64,000 nucleotides of DNA from Lachnospiraceae bacterium (GCA_045125245.1 JBGVNF010000118.1:2378-66377), one strand, 5' to 3'; positions 30,013-39,893 are shown, counted from the first letter of the stretch. Numbers and translations: made by a program. The notes: generated from the letters alone by a model not told the origin.

Positions 30013-30041
30013 TTTACACATGAAATTATATAAAGTATAAT
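30013..30041 (+). promoter_or_regulatory. candidate promoter of the ecf operon
   Basis: TTTACA, 17 nt, TATAAT. Confidence 0.5.
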
Positions 30042-30098
30042 GTGCTATGTAATAATTTAAAATACTAAAGTGAGTTTATATATAGAAAGGAGAGCCCT

Positions 30099-31859
30099 AT
30101 GAGTATAATTAAATCTGAAAATCTTGTACATAGATTTTCTGTTACAGATGAAAATGATAATGTAATAGAAGAAAATAGTGCTCTCGACGGAGTTAATATA
30201 GAGGTCGAGGAAGGTCAGTTTATAGCCATATTAGGACATAATGGTTCTGGTAAATCAACATTTGCAAGGCATATCAATGCCCTTCTTACACCAGATGAGG
30301 GAACCTTATATGTAAATGGTTGGGATACTAAGGATGAAAGTAAGCTATGGCAGATTAGACAGAATGCAGGTATGGTATTCCAAAATCCTGACAATCAGAT
30401 AATAGCAACTGTTGTGGAAGAGGATGTAGGATTTGGTCCAGAAAACTTAGGGGTATCTACTGAGGAAATATGGGAAAGAGTCGAAAAGGCCCTTTCAGCT
30501 GTAGGAATGCTTGAGTATAGACATAGCTCTCCTAATAAGCTTTCCGGTGGACAGAAGCAGCGTGTGGCTATAGCTGGTGTGGTGGCTATGAAGCCAAAAT
30601 GTATAGTTCTAGATGAGCCTACAGCTATGCTTGATCCAAACGGTCGTAAGGAAGTTTTAAAGACAGTAAAAGAATTAAATAAGCAGGAAAATGTTACAGT
30701 TATTCTTATTACGCATCATATGAATGAGGTCATAGATGCTGATAAAGTATTTGTAATGGATAGCGGCAAGGTGGTTTTAGAGGGAACACCTAGAGAGATT
30801 TTTAGTAAAGTATCTGAGCTTAAGAAATTAGGCCTTGATGTTCCGCAAGCAACAGAGATTGCTTATAATCTTAAGGGTAAGGGAATCGATTTAGGAGATT
30901 GTGTTTTAAGTATTAAAGAGTTTAAAGAAAGATATAAGCAGGTTACAGGAAAAGATATAGCATCTTTGAATTTGCAGGAAAGTCATAGTAGGCTTGATGA
31001 TAATTTAGACGAAAATCTTTCGGATAAAGAGAATGCAAATAAGAAGCTTATCTTAGAAGCTAAAAATCTGTCTTATATTTACGAAGAAGGAACTGCCAAT
31101 GAAAAGGGAGCTCTTGATGAGGTAAGCCTTAATATTCATGAAGGAGAATTCCTTGCTATTATCGGCCATACTGGTTCTGGTAAGTCAACTCTTATCCAGC
31201 ATCTTAATGGTCTTATGAGGGCAGATTCAGGCTCGATATATTTTAATGGTGAGGATATATATGCCAAGGAATTTTCTATGCCATTTTTAAGAAAACATGT
31301 AGGGCTTGTGTTCCAGTATCCAGAGCATCAGTTATTTGAGACAACGGTATTAACAGATGTTTGCTTTGGCCCTAAGAATTTAGGACTTAGTAAAGATGAA
31401 GTGGTGGAAGCAGCTAAGAAGGCACTTAAGCAGGTTGGCTTAGGAGAGGAATATTATGAGAAGTCACCATTTGAATTATCAGGTGGAGAAAAGAGAAGAG
31501 TAGCTATCGCAGGCGTGCTAGCTATGAATCCAGAGGTGCTTATATTGGATGAGCCTACAGCTGGTTTGGACCCTAAGGGAAGAGATAAGATTTTAAATCA
31601 GTTAAAGAAATTGCAGACTGAGAGAAATATTGCCATAGTGCTTGTGTCACATAGCATGGAGGATGTGGCAAAGTATGCAGAGAGATTAGTTGTAATGAGT
31701 GGCGGCAAGAAGCTTTATGATGGGGCTTGTAGAGAAGTGTTTAGTCATTATAAGGAATTGGAAAATATCGGTTTAGCGGCACCACAGGTTACATATCTTA
31801 TGGCTGAGTCGGGTAGGACAGTAATGACAGTTGATGAAGCTGTGGAGATTTTAGGGTAA
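30099..31859 (+). CDS. ecfA: fused ECF-transporter ATPase (EcfA1-EcfA2 in one polypeptide)
   Basis: Two complete ABC ATPase domains: [23 protein letters not shown] and [23 protein letters not shown], joined by an acidic linker of about 40 aa; followed by ecfT. Confidence 0.92.
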   Translation: MSIIKSENLVHRFSVTDENDNVIEENSALDGVNIEVEEGQFIAILGHNGSGKSTFARHINALLTPDEGTLYVNGWDTKDESKLWQIRQNAGMVFQNPDNQIIATVVEEDVGFGPENLGVSTEEIWERVEKALSAVGMLEYRHSSPNKLSGGQKQRVAIAGVVAMKPKCIVLDEPTAMLDPNGRKEVLKTVKELNKQENVTVILITHHMNEVIDADKVFVMDSGKVVLEGTPREIFSKVSELKKLGLDVPQATEIAYNLKGKGIDLGDCVLSIKEFKERYKQVTGKDIASLNLQESHSRLDDNLDENLSDKENANKKLILEAKNLSYIYEEGTANEKGALDEVSLNIHEGEFLAIIGHTGSGKSTLIQHLNGLMRADSGSIYFNGEDIYAKEFSMPFLRKHVGLVFQYPEHQLFETTVLTDVCFGPKNLGLSKDEVVEAAKKALKQVGLGEEYYEKSPFELSGGEKRRVAIAGVLAMNPEVLILDEPTAGLDPKGRDKILNQLKKLQTERNIAIVLVSHSMEDVAKYAERLVVMSGGKKLYDGACREVFSHYKELENIGLAAPQVTYLMAESGRTVMTVDEAVEILG

Positions 31860-31902
31860 TTGCAATTGTTTAGCAGTTACGATTTTTATGAGAGGAAGTT
31901 TG

Positions 31903-32730
31903 ATGATTAGAGATATTACGATTGGACAATATTATCAGGTGGATTCTATAATTCATAGGTTAGATCCAAGAGTGAAGTTGCTAGCTACACTTATATATGT
32001 AATAAGCCTTTTTGTAGTTAATTCGCCTATAGGTTATGGAATAGCGATACTGTTTTTAATAGTATGTATAGCTATGTCTAAAGTGCCTGCAAAATATATG
32101 CTAAAGGGTCTTAAATCTTTAGTATTTATTTTGGTGTTCAGTGCTACCTTCATAGTATTGTTTACTAGTGGAGAGCATATTATTTTTAAGTATGGCATTA
32201 TAAAGATATCCAGAGAAGGTATTATAAATGCTATTGAAATGATAGTTAGATTGACACTTTTACTTATAGGTTCTTCTGTGATGACACTTACAACTAAACC
32301 AACTGATATAGCGGATGGTCTAGAGAAGGCATTTGGGTTCCTAAAGGTAATAAAAGTTCCAGTTCATGAACTGGCTATGATGATTTCAATTGCGTTTAGA
32401 TTTATACCGATTCTTATAGAGGAAACAGATAAGATAATGAAGGCGCAGATTGCCAGAGGCGCAGACTTTGAAAGTGGCGGGCTTATAAAGAAGGCAAAGA
32501 GCTTGATACCACTTCTTGTGCCACTTATTATTTCTGCTATTAAACGAGCACTTGATTTGGCAACTGCTATGGAAGCTAGATGCTATAATGGTGGAGAAGG
32601 CAGAACAAAGATGAAACCACTTAAATATAAGAAGTGTGATTATGTGGCATATGGTGTACAGGCTGGGTATTTGGCGGTAATTATTGTAGCGAATATTGTT
32701 GTGAAGTTGGTATTGAAGAATTTTGTGTAA
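31903..32730 (+). CDS. ecfT: ECF transporter transmembrane component EcfT
   Basis: CbiQ/EcfT-like membrane protein with coupling-helix region (AR.. motifs: KAQIARGADF, MEARCY); ATG 31903 follows GAGAGGAAG. Confidence 0.9.
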   Translation: MIRDITIGQYYQVDSIIHRLDPRVKLLATLIYVISLFVVNSPIGYGIAILFLIVCIAMSKVPAKYMLKGLKSLVFILVFSATFIVLFTSGEHIIFKYGIIKISREGIINAIEMIVRLTLLLIGSSVMTLTTKPTDIADGLEKAFGFLKVIKVPVHELAMMISIAFRFIPILIEETDKIMKAQIARGADFESGGLIKKAKSLIPLLVPLIISAIKRALDLATAMEARCYNGGEGRTKMKPLKYKKCDYVAYGVQAGYLAVIIVANIVVKLVLKNFV

Positions 32731-32863
32731 GTATATGAAGCAATATACTAAGAAAAGGTATATAAGTGATATTTAATATATATTAAAAAAATCGTAGTTG
32801 CAATGCATCTGCGATTTAGTTAAGAGTTTATGCTATTGTATAATTGGTTATTGAGGAAATATT

Positions 32864-33619
32864 ATGGGAAAAAGAGTTTTACTTAGAATTGCATATGATG
32901 GAACTGCATATTGTGGATGGCAGATACAGATTAATGGAATCACTGTGGAAGAAATCATTAATCGTGAGTTATCGAATCTTCTTGGAGAGGAAATAGCTGT
33001 TATCGGTGCAAGTCGTACGGATTCAGGTGTGCACGCTCTTGCAAATGTAGCCGTATTTGATACAGAGTCTAGAATTCCGGCTGAAAAAATGTGTTTTGCA
33101 TTAAATCAAAGACTTCCAGAGGATATTAGAATTCAGGAATCTTTTGAAGTGCCAGCAGATTTTCATCCTAGATATACAAATAGCAAGAAAACTTATGAAT
33201 ATAAAATATTGAATAGACGCTTGCCGATTCCTACAGAGAGGCTTTATTCTCATTTTGTGTATATGCCACTTGATGTGGAGAAGATGAAGCAGGCAGCAGA
33301 GTACATAGTGGGTGAGCATGATTTTAAGAGCTTTTGTTCTAATCGTACTCAGGTAGAAAATACAGTTAGAACTGTGTATCAGTTAGACGTAAATGTGGAA
33401 AACGATATGATTCACATTGTTATATGTGGAAATGGTTTTCTTTATAACATGGTGCGTATAATAGTTGGTACTTTGATTAAGGTAGGACTGGGCGTGTATC
33501 CTCCAGAGCATGTGAAGGAAATTATTGAAGCTAAGAATCGTGATGCGGCGGGACCAAAATCACCGGCAGCAGGATTGACATTAGTAAAGATACAGTACGA
33601 GGAATTGGGGGAATATTAA
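32864..33619 (+). CDS. truA: tRNA pseudouridine(38-40) synthase TruA
   Basis: Conserved Y.G..Y.G.Q.Q and catalytic GASRTDSGVHA motif. Confidence 0.96.
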   Translation: MGKRVLLRIAYDGTAYCGWQIQINGITVEEIINRELSNLLGEEIAVIGASRTDSGVHALANVAVFDTESRIPAEKMCFALNQRLPEDIRIQESFEVPADFHPRYTNSKKTYEYKILNRRLPIPTERLYSHFVYMPLDVEKMKQAAEYIVGEHDFKSFCSNRTQVENTVRTVYQLDVNVENDMIHIVICGNGFLYNMVRIIVGTLIKVGLGVYPPEHVKEIIEAKNRDAAGPKSPAAGLTLVKIQYEELGEY

Positions 33620-33655
33620 TTTTATTAAAATGTTAAAGAAAAATAGAAAAAAGGT

Positions 33656-33684
33656 TTGACATACGGAAACTATTGGCATATAAT
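33656..33684 (+). promoter_or_regulatory. consensus sigma-70 promoter of rplM-rpsI
   Basis: TTGACA (33656-61), 17 nt, TATAAT (33679-84). Confidence 0.75.
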
Positions 33685-33689
33685 GTTTA

Positions 33690-33896
33690 ATTGTGGCAGC
33701 GTGTGTTTTGACTGATTATCAAACACAGGATACCACGAGTCGCTAATTTGCTAGCCTCTCTTACAAGGCAAGGCAAATATGTTGGAGGAACTGCTAGAGG
33801 CAGTTCGGGTTTTCTTTATTTTGTACATTAACCCAAGTCAAAATACTGAAAATCAAAAATAGTCTTTTTAAATCAAACTTATAGGAGGAATAACCA
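33690..33896 (+). promoter_or_regulatory. structured rplM leader (L13-leader-like) with terminator-like attenuator hairpin
   Basis: About 200-nt leader between the consensus promoter and rplM; GAACTGC/GCAGTTC hairpin (33788-33806) followed by GGGTTTTCTTTATTTT. A Firmicutes L13 leader is a known r-protein autoregulatory RNA class; the match was not verified with a covariance model. Confidence 0.45.
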
Positions 33897-34325
33897 ATGA
33901 AGACTTTTATGGCTAGTCCAGAGAAAATTGAAAGAAAATGGTATGTAGTTGACGCTGAAGGTTGTACATTAGGTCGTCTCTCATCTGAAATCGCTAAGGT
34001 TTTAAGAGGAAAGAATAAGCCAGAGTACACACCACACGTTGATACAGGTGATTATGTAATCGTAATCAACGCTGAGAAGATTGCTGTAACAGGCAAGAAG
34101 ATGGATCAGAAGATGTATTACCATCATTCAGATTACATCGGTGGTTTAAGAGAAACTACATTAAAAGAAATGTTAGCTAAGCATCCTGAAAGAGTTATTG
34201 AGCATGCAGTTAAGGGTATGCTTCCAAAGGGACCTTTAGGAAGACAGATGTACACAAAGCTTCACGTATACGCTGGTGCGGAGCATCCACATGCAGCTCA
34301 GAAGCCTGAGACATTAACATTTTAA
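33897..34325 (+). CDS. rplM: 50S ribosomal protein L13 (uL13)
   Basis: Conserved uL13 sequence (W.V.DA.G..LGRL.S.IA..LRGK.KP.YTPH.D.GD.V). Confidence 0.97.
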   Translation: MKTFMASPEKIERKWYVVDAEGCTLGRLSSEIAKVLRGKNKPEYTPHVDTGDYVIVINAEKIAVTGKKMDQKMYYHHSDYIGGLRETTLKEMLAKHPERVIEHAVKGMLPKGPLGRQMYTKLHVYAGAEHPHAAQKPETLTF

Positions 34326-34350
34326 TTAGATCTGGAAGGAGGAAATTACA

Positions 34351-34749
34351 TTGGCTAAAGCAAGTTCAAAGTTCTACGGAACAGGTAGAAGAAAAAGCAG
34401 TATCGCAAGAGTATATTTAGTACCTGGTACAGGTAAGATCACAATAAACAAGAGAAGCATCGATGAGTACTTCGGTCTTGAGACATTAAAGGTTATCGTT
34501 CGTCAGCCGTTAGTTGCTACAGAGACAGTTGATAAGTACGATGTATTAGTAAACGTACACGGTGGTGGTTACACAGGTCAGGCTGGTGCTATCAGACACG
34601 GTATCTCAAGAGCTTTATTACAGGCAGATGCAGACTTCAGACCAACTTTAAAGAAGGCAGGTTTCTTAACAAGAGATCCAAGAATGAAGGAAAGAAAGAA
34701 GCCAGGTTTAAAGGCAGCGAGAAGAGCACCACAGTTTTCAAAGAGATAG
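34351..34749 (+). CDS. rpsI: 30S ribosomal protein S9 (uS9)
   Basis: Conserved uS9 sequence (GTGRRK.S.ARV.L.PG.G...GGG..GQA.A.RHGI.RAL...RD.R..ERKK.G...ARR..QFSKR); TTG start after GGAAGGAGG. Confidence 0.96.
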   Translation: MAKASSKFYGTGRRKSSIARVYLVPGTGKITINKRSIDEYFGLETLKVIVRQPLVATETVDKYDVLVNVHGGGYTGQAGAIRHGISRALLQADADFRPTLKKAGFLTRDPRMKERKKPGLKAARRAPQFSKR

Positions 34750-34910
34750 TTATATCTGCGATGGCAGAATATATGGAAAGAGCGAATGGCGAGTTTACTC
34801 GTCAGGCGCTCTTTTTATATATTCTGACCATCATAGGATGGCTGAGATGACCGAGAAGAAAGGAGCGGAGCGACTGTATTCGAGGTTATCTCAGTTATCG
34901 CAGATATAAC
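34749..34910. repeat. 14-bp terminal inverted repeat pair GTTATATCTGCGAT / ATCGCAGATATAAC enclosing two hairpin modules
   Basis: Arms at 34749-34762 and 34897-34910; the interior holds the rpsI terminator and a CTGAGAT...ATCTCAG hairpin (34842-34894) with a purine-rich GAGAAGAAAGGAGCGGAGCGAC loop. Confidence 0.8.
34765..34826 (+). terminator. extended terminator hairpin after rpsI
   Basis: CAGAATATAT..AAAGAGCG / CGCTCTTT..ATATATTCTG arms; apical GCGAGTTTACTCGTC; internal T-run after CGCTC. Confidence 0.7.
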
Positions 34911-34939
34911 GTAGGGAAGAAATAAATAGATAGGAAGAA

Positions 34940-34971
34940 GAAACCCAGAGTTTACTCATGGGTTTCTTTTT
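34940..34971 (+). terminator. second terminator hairpin sharing the GAGTTTACTC apex
   Basis: GAAACCCA-GAGTTTACTCA-TGGGTTTC followed by TTTTT. Confidence 0.7.
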
Positions 34972-35215
34972 ATATGCTGTAATTCATTGGAAGACAAGAG
35001 ATGATGAGCAAGACACGAAGTGTCTGCGAATTCATATCTTGGGTTTGCAGTAATCCGTAGTTATGCAATTCCGCAGATAAGCGAATTACAGATGTTATAC
35101 ATAAAACTCGTGTAATCTAATTATTAGTTTAGTAAATCTTTTATTTGAACAGCTCTTGAATAAAAATAATAATATGTTAATATTAATATTAATAAATATA
35201 TAAAGGAGGAAACAG

Positions 35216-36769
35216 ATGCTTAATAGATTATGGAAGAAAAAAGAACATGTTAAGTTGATAGATATAGAATATTCAACTAAAAAAATGTTAGATTTATCGG
35301 ATAGTAATATTAATGAATGTGCAAAACTGTTTAGTAACTCCTATGGAAAATATAATGAGAAATCGGATAGAAATCCAGGACAACAAGTAAAGATGGGTAT
35401 AGGTTACTACAAGAAGAATTATTGTAGAGAAGGCGTATATATTGCTACAGCAAGAGATGGTGATAAATTAGTAGGACATGCAATTTATATTAGAAAACAG
35501 TATGAAGATTATGGAACTATGACGTGGGTATTACAGTTAGTTGTAGATCAAGAATATCGCAGACAAGGTATTGCTAGTACATTGTTAAGGTCTATATGGG
35601 GCTTTTCTGATGATTTTGCATGGGGCTTAGCATCGGCAAATCCGTGTACAGTCCGTACATTAGAGAGTGCAACATTTAGAAAGTGTAAGCCGACGATTAT
35701 TAAGAAAAATTTAAAAGCCATAAAAATGATCGGAAATGATACAACATTTGTTGCTAGTGATGCCTATGTGGTAAATAATTCATCGTCGCAGGTTAATACA
35801 CATTTTTATATAGATAATTCAGAATTTGGTCAAGATCTGGAATGTGAAAAAAATCTTGGCGTCTTAAGACCGGGGTATGAATGGTTAGCATTTACATTTA
35901 GAGATCAAGGTGTACAACAAGATAAATATGAAGCTCATTTTAATGATTTTATTGCATTTTCGGAAAAAAAGCTAAAAGATGCTTATAGCAGAATGGATAT
36001 GATATCTCATGGATGGGCAAAAGGAACTGCAAATGAAGTTGAATTTTTGGCTGATATATGTAAGCAGGGTAAAATTCTAGATTTAGGATGTGGTATAGGT
36101 AGACATTCTTTAGCGTTAGCTGAACAGGGTTTTTATGTTAAAGGTGTGGATTTTTCAAAAAAACATATAGAATTTTCTTGTGAGGAAAGGTGTAGACGAA
36201 ATATAAAGGCAAGTGACTGTGAATTTGTATGCGCTGATGTCAGGGAATATAAAGATAATACGAAATATGATAGTGTTATTTGTTTATTTGATGTAATAGG
36301 ATCTTTTCCAGAGGAAAAGGATAATATTTCTATATTAAAAACAGCAGAAAAACAGTTAAAAAAAGGCGGATTATTGGTAGTATCAGTTATGAATATGGAA
36401 CTTACTGAACATATTGTTCCTCAAGAAAGAAAAGTTTCATTAAAGCAAAATCCAAATGTTTTGATGAAATTGCCACCAAGTAATATTATGCAATCAAACG
36501 GTAATATTTTTAATCCAGACTATTTAGCTATAGATACTGATACCGGTGTGGTATTCAGAAAGGAGCAGTTTTCTGGAGATGAAAGCTTAGCAGCAGAGTA
36601 TGTTATTCGAGATAAACGCTATACAAAAAATGAAATCTGTAATTTAATACAAAATCAAGGATTTGACATATTAAACGTATATTTTGTTAGAGCAGGACAT
36701 TTTGATGAACCATTAGATGCATTAGATATGCATGCTAAAGAAATTTGTATTGTGGCAAAGAAAAAATAA
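35216..36769 (+). CDS. two-domain protein: N-terminal GNAT acetyltransferase-like plus C-terminal class I SAM-dependent methyltransferase
   Basis: GNAT motif A VVDQEYRRQGIASTLL around aa 110-125; SAM motif ILDLGCGIGRHSLALAEQG and post-I/II motifs (GVDFS, DSVICLFDVIG, LKKGGLLVV) in aa 285-400; AAAGGAGG RBS. Confidence 0.8.
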   Translation: MLNRLWKKKEHVKLIDIEYSTKKMLDLSDSNINECAKLFSNSYGKYNEKSDRNPGQQVKMGIGYYKKNYCREGVYIATARDGDKLVGHAIYIRKQYEDYGTMTWVLQLVVDQEYRRQGIASTLLRSIWGFSDDFAWGLASANPCTVRTLESATFRKCKPTIIKKNLKAIKMIGNDTTFVASDAYVVNNSSSQVNTHFYIDNSEFGQDLECEKNLGVLRPGYEWLAFTFRDQGVQQDKYEAHFNDFIAFSEKKLKDAYSRMDMISHGWAKGTANEVEFLADICKQGKILDLGCGIGRHSLALAEQGFYVKGVDFSKKHIEFSCEERCRRNIKASDCEFVCADVREYKDNTKYDSVICLFDVIGSFPEEKDNISILKTAEKQLKKGGLLVVSVMNMELTEHIVPQERKVSLKQNPNVLMKLPPSNIMQSNGNIFNPDYLAIDTDTGVVFRKEQFSGDESLAAEYVIRDKRYTKNEICNLIQNQGFDILNVYFVRAGHFDEPLDALDMHAKEICIVAKKK

Positions 36770-36906
36770 AAGTTAAATTAATCAGTGGTTATCTCAAGGC
36801 ATCAGCGATATAACGTAGTTGATTCATTAGAACACAAGAAATGACAAAATTAGTTTTATATTTGAAAATGATGTGATAGAATATAAACATTATTGGAGGT
36901 TGAAGA

Positions 36907-37461
36907 GTGCATATGAAAACAGTAAGTGGGAAAATTATAATTATGTCATTAATTGCAACAGTGGTAACTTTAATAATGGGGATAATATTTTTTATCAACA
37001 CTAACAGCGATTTTGTTGAAACTAAGACTATATGGGGAAGAATGACTGCTGGAGTTAGTGGTGATACCCCAGGTTCAGGAGAATTGGTTTTAATAGCATC
37101 GTTGATAAGTGGTTTAACATTTCTAGGTGAATTAACTGCAATTGTTATAATTATTTTCGCATATTTTCTTATTCCGTTTGCAGCAAATGCGCTTATAATG
37201 GTGTTTAATCTTATTGCTAGATTATTTCAAATTGGAAAAAATAAGGAGTGGAAGGATGTAACTACTAAGGCATTGTTGATTTTCGCTATAGTGTTGCAGG
37301 GAATTTTAAATCTTTACATATTGTTTTTATGTTTTACAGGATACGGATTAGCATATATAGCAGTATATTTGATGTTAATTATTAATGTATTTGCATTTGT
37401 AAAGAATATAGTTAATTTAAGGAAAAGTAATAATCAAATAAATGTAGTGAATTATTATTAG
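36907..37461 (+). CDS. hypothetical small multi-pass membrane protein
   Basis: 184-aa ORF with about 4 hydrophobic helices; GGAGG upstream; start could be GTG 36907 or ATG 36913. Confidence 0.55.
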   Translation: MHMKTVSGKIIIMSLIATVVTLIMGIIFFINTNSDFVETKTIWGRMTAGVSGDTPGSGELVLIASLISGLTFLGELTAIVIIIFAYFLIPFAANALIMVFNLIARLFQIGKNKEWKDVTTKALLIFAIVLQGILNLYILFLCFTGYGLAYIAVYLMLIINVFAFVKNIVNLRKSNNQINVVNYY

Positions 37462-37467
37462 AAAGAA

Positions 37468-37501
37468 AATAGAATTATCAATTTTGGTAATTCTATTTTT
37501 T
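37468..37501 (+). terminator. intrinsic terminator
   Basis: AAATAGAATTA / TAATTCTATTT stem followed by a T-run. Confidence 0.7.
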
Positions 37502-37512
37502 ATAAAAACTTC

Positions 37513-38109
37513 TTGACTCTTCCCCTAGGTAACCCTTTATTATTATCTTATGCATTGAAACATACAGCTAATGCGAAAGATTGGTATGAATGTATATATG
37601 ATTTGCTTGATATAAATCAGAATAGCCGAGTGTTAGATATTGGATGTGGATTTGGTAAGTTATGGAGAAATAATTGGAGTAAAATTCCAGAGGGAATCGC
37701 TATTAATGGAATCGACCTACATGGAAGTTGGGCTGATGATTTCCAAAAGTATATAAGTGAAAATAAAAAAGAGTTATCAAATAATACATCAGTTTCGTTG
37801 TATTGGGGCGATGTAGAAAATGAAGATATTTGGAATGAAGTTAGCAATATTCTATATGTAAATAAAGAAGATAATACTTATGACTATGTCATAGCACATT
37901 ACATTGTTGAAATTAAAAGCCTTGATAATAGTATGAGATATGATAATGCGGATGAAGTATTTGAAAAGCTTTGCAAGACTTATCCTGAAAACATTAAATA
38001 TATCAAGGAAAATGAGAGTGCCATAAAAGCTTATTTTGAAGATATATTACAGGAAAACGGTGAAATAATTGTAAGTAATAGCACAGAATTTTGGCGTTGT
38101 CAGAAATAG
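37513..38109 (+). pseudogene. methyltransferase-like remnant without a credible translation start
   Basis: SAM motif VLDIGCGFGKLW is present, but the track start is a TTG that forms a TTGACT -35-like box just after a terminator, with no RBS. There is no in-frame ATG for about 140 codons, and the region after motif II does not look like a class I fold. Confidence 0.4.
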
Positions 38110-38133
38110 TAGGAATGGAAGGGAGAGATACTT

Positions 38134-38907
38134 ATGATATTACGTGAATTTGATGAGAGCAAAGAAGCAATTATTAATCCTTGGGACCTTGTGTGTAAGG
38201 AAGTTAGAGTTAAAGGTGAAATGCCGAAGATAGCAGTATGTTGCTTTGAGGGGAAGATGTTTTATAGATTGGTAGAACTTCTTAATGGAGAGTTAATTGC
38301 TGTGACAAAAAATGCAAATGGCGAAGAACCAATATATAAAGTTACATATAAAGGAAAAGAAATTGCACTTGTTATGTTAGAGGTAGGTGCTCCTGGTGCA
38401 GGAGGACAGTTAGAGGAATTATTTGCGTTAGGAGTAGAAAAGGTTATAGTGTATGGTTCTTGCGGAGTATTATATGAAGACATAGAGGATTGCTCTATCA
38501 TTATTCCTAATGCTGCGGTAAGAGATGAGGGAATGAGTTATCATTACGCACCACCTTCAGATGAGATAGAGGCAAATCCAAAATACATACCAGAGTTTAC
38601 AGCGTTTCTTGATGAATTGGAAATAGGATATAAAATTGGAAAGACATGGACTACAGATGCTTTTTATCGTGAGACAAGGGCGAAGATGGAAAGAAGAAAA
38701 GAACAAGGATGTATATGTGTGGAGATGGAATGCTCTGCATTGGCAGCAGTAGCCCGTTTTAGAGAGAAGGAGCTATTTCAATTTTTCTATACAGCAGATT
38801 GTTTAGGGGGTAAAGAGTGGGATGAAAGAAGCTTAAGTGATGAAGTGAAATTTGATGAGAAGGATTTCTTTTCAAAGCTTGCTATGGAATTTGCAGTGCG
38901 TATATAG
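38134..38907 (+). CDS. nucleoside phosphorylase (PNP/UDP family, uridine phosphorylase-like)
   Basis: Family hallmarks GAPGAGGQLEELF, R.EG.SYHY and VEMECSALAAVA. Confidence 0.8.
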   Translation: MILREFDESKEAIINPWDLVCKEVRVKGEMPKIAVCCFEGKMFYRLVELLNGELIAVTKNANGEEPIYKVTYKGKEIALVMLEVGAPGAGGQLEELFALGVEKVIVYGSCGVLYEDIEDCSIIIPNAAVRDEGMSYHYAPPSDEIEANPKYIPEFTAFLDELEIGYKIGKTWTTDAFYRETRAKMERRKEQGCICVEMECSALAAVARFREKELFQFFYTADCLGGKEWDERSLSDEVKFDEKDFFSKLAMEFAVRI

Positions 38908-38956
38908 AAAAGTGTAGATTTATGAAGGCAACAATAGTATTAATTGCATATAACAT

Positions 38957-38983
38957 AAAAACCATCATTTTGATGGTTTTTTT
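38957..38983 (+). terminator. intrinsic terminator
   Basis: AAAACCATCA / TGATGGTTTT followed by TTT. Confidence 0.75.
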
Positions 38984-39047
38984 GTATTTACAAACCATTA
39001 AAATAATGGTTTAATCTAGCTATAAAAGAAAATACGAAGGTGATGTT

Positions 39048-39893
39048 ATGAAAGTACAAATTTTAGTAGAAAATACAACCAATTCAAATTTAATAGCTGA
39101 GCATGGCTTAAGCATATTTATCGAATATAATGATAAAAAAATATTACTTGATGCAGGTACAACATCTGCTTTTATAGATAACGCAGAAAAGATGAATGTG
39201 GATATAAGCAAGGTAGATTTTTGTGTATTATCTCACGGTCATTATGATCATTCAGGTGGATTTGCAGAATACTTACGACAGAATCCAACTAAAAAAGTGT
39301 ATGCTATGAAAGCAATTACGGATGAATATTATTCTGCGTCAGGTGGAAATATACATCCCATTGGTGTGCCCAAGGAAGTATATCCTGAGTATAAAGAGAA
39401 TTTTATTTTACTTGATGAAGCTACAAAGCTCGGTGATGAAATATATGTGATACCCCATAAAAATTGTAGTGAGTTAGAGAAGATAGGTGCACGAGCTAAG
39501 TTATATAAAAAGGTTGAGGGTGAATATGGACCAGATGATTTTAGTCATGAACTTAGCCTAGTGTTTGATACAGATGAGGGACTTGTCATTTTCAATAGTT
39601 GTTCACATAGTGGTATTGTGAATATTATAGAAGAAGTTAAAGAATATTTTGGTGCTGATAAAAAAGTGATATCTTTCATTGGCGGGCTTCATATGAAAGG
39701 AAAGTCTGGAGATAAAGAGATTTGTACCTTTTCGGAAAGTGAAATCGAAAGTATAGTAAAATATCTTAGAGATAATAATGTGGAACGATTATATACAGGT
39801 CATTGCACTGGTATGGTGGGTTATGAGTTAATCAAAAAATATATGGGTGAAAATGTAGAATATATTTTTACAGGCAAAGAGATTGTAATGTGA
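39048..39893 (+). CDS. MBL-fold metallo-hydrolase
   Basis: HxHxDH motif LSHGHYDHSGG; 281 aa. Confidence 0.85.
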   Translation: MKVQILVENTTNSNLIAEHGLSIFIEYNDKKILLDAGTTSAFIDNAEKMNVDISKVDFCVLSHGHYDHSGGFAEYLRQNPTKKVYAMKAITDEYYSASGGNIHPIGVPKEVYPEYKENFILLDEATKLGDEIYVIPHKNCSELEKIGARAKLYKKVEGEYGPDDFSHELSLVFDTDEGLVIFNSCSHSGIVNIIEEVKEYFGADKKVISFIGGLHMKGKSGDKEICTFSESEIESIVKYLRDNNVERLYTGHCTGMVGYELIKKYMGENVEYIFTGKEIVM

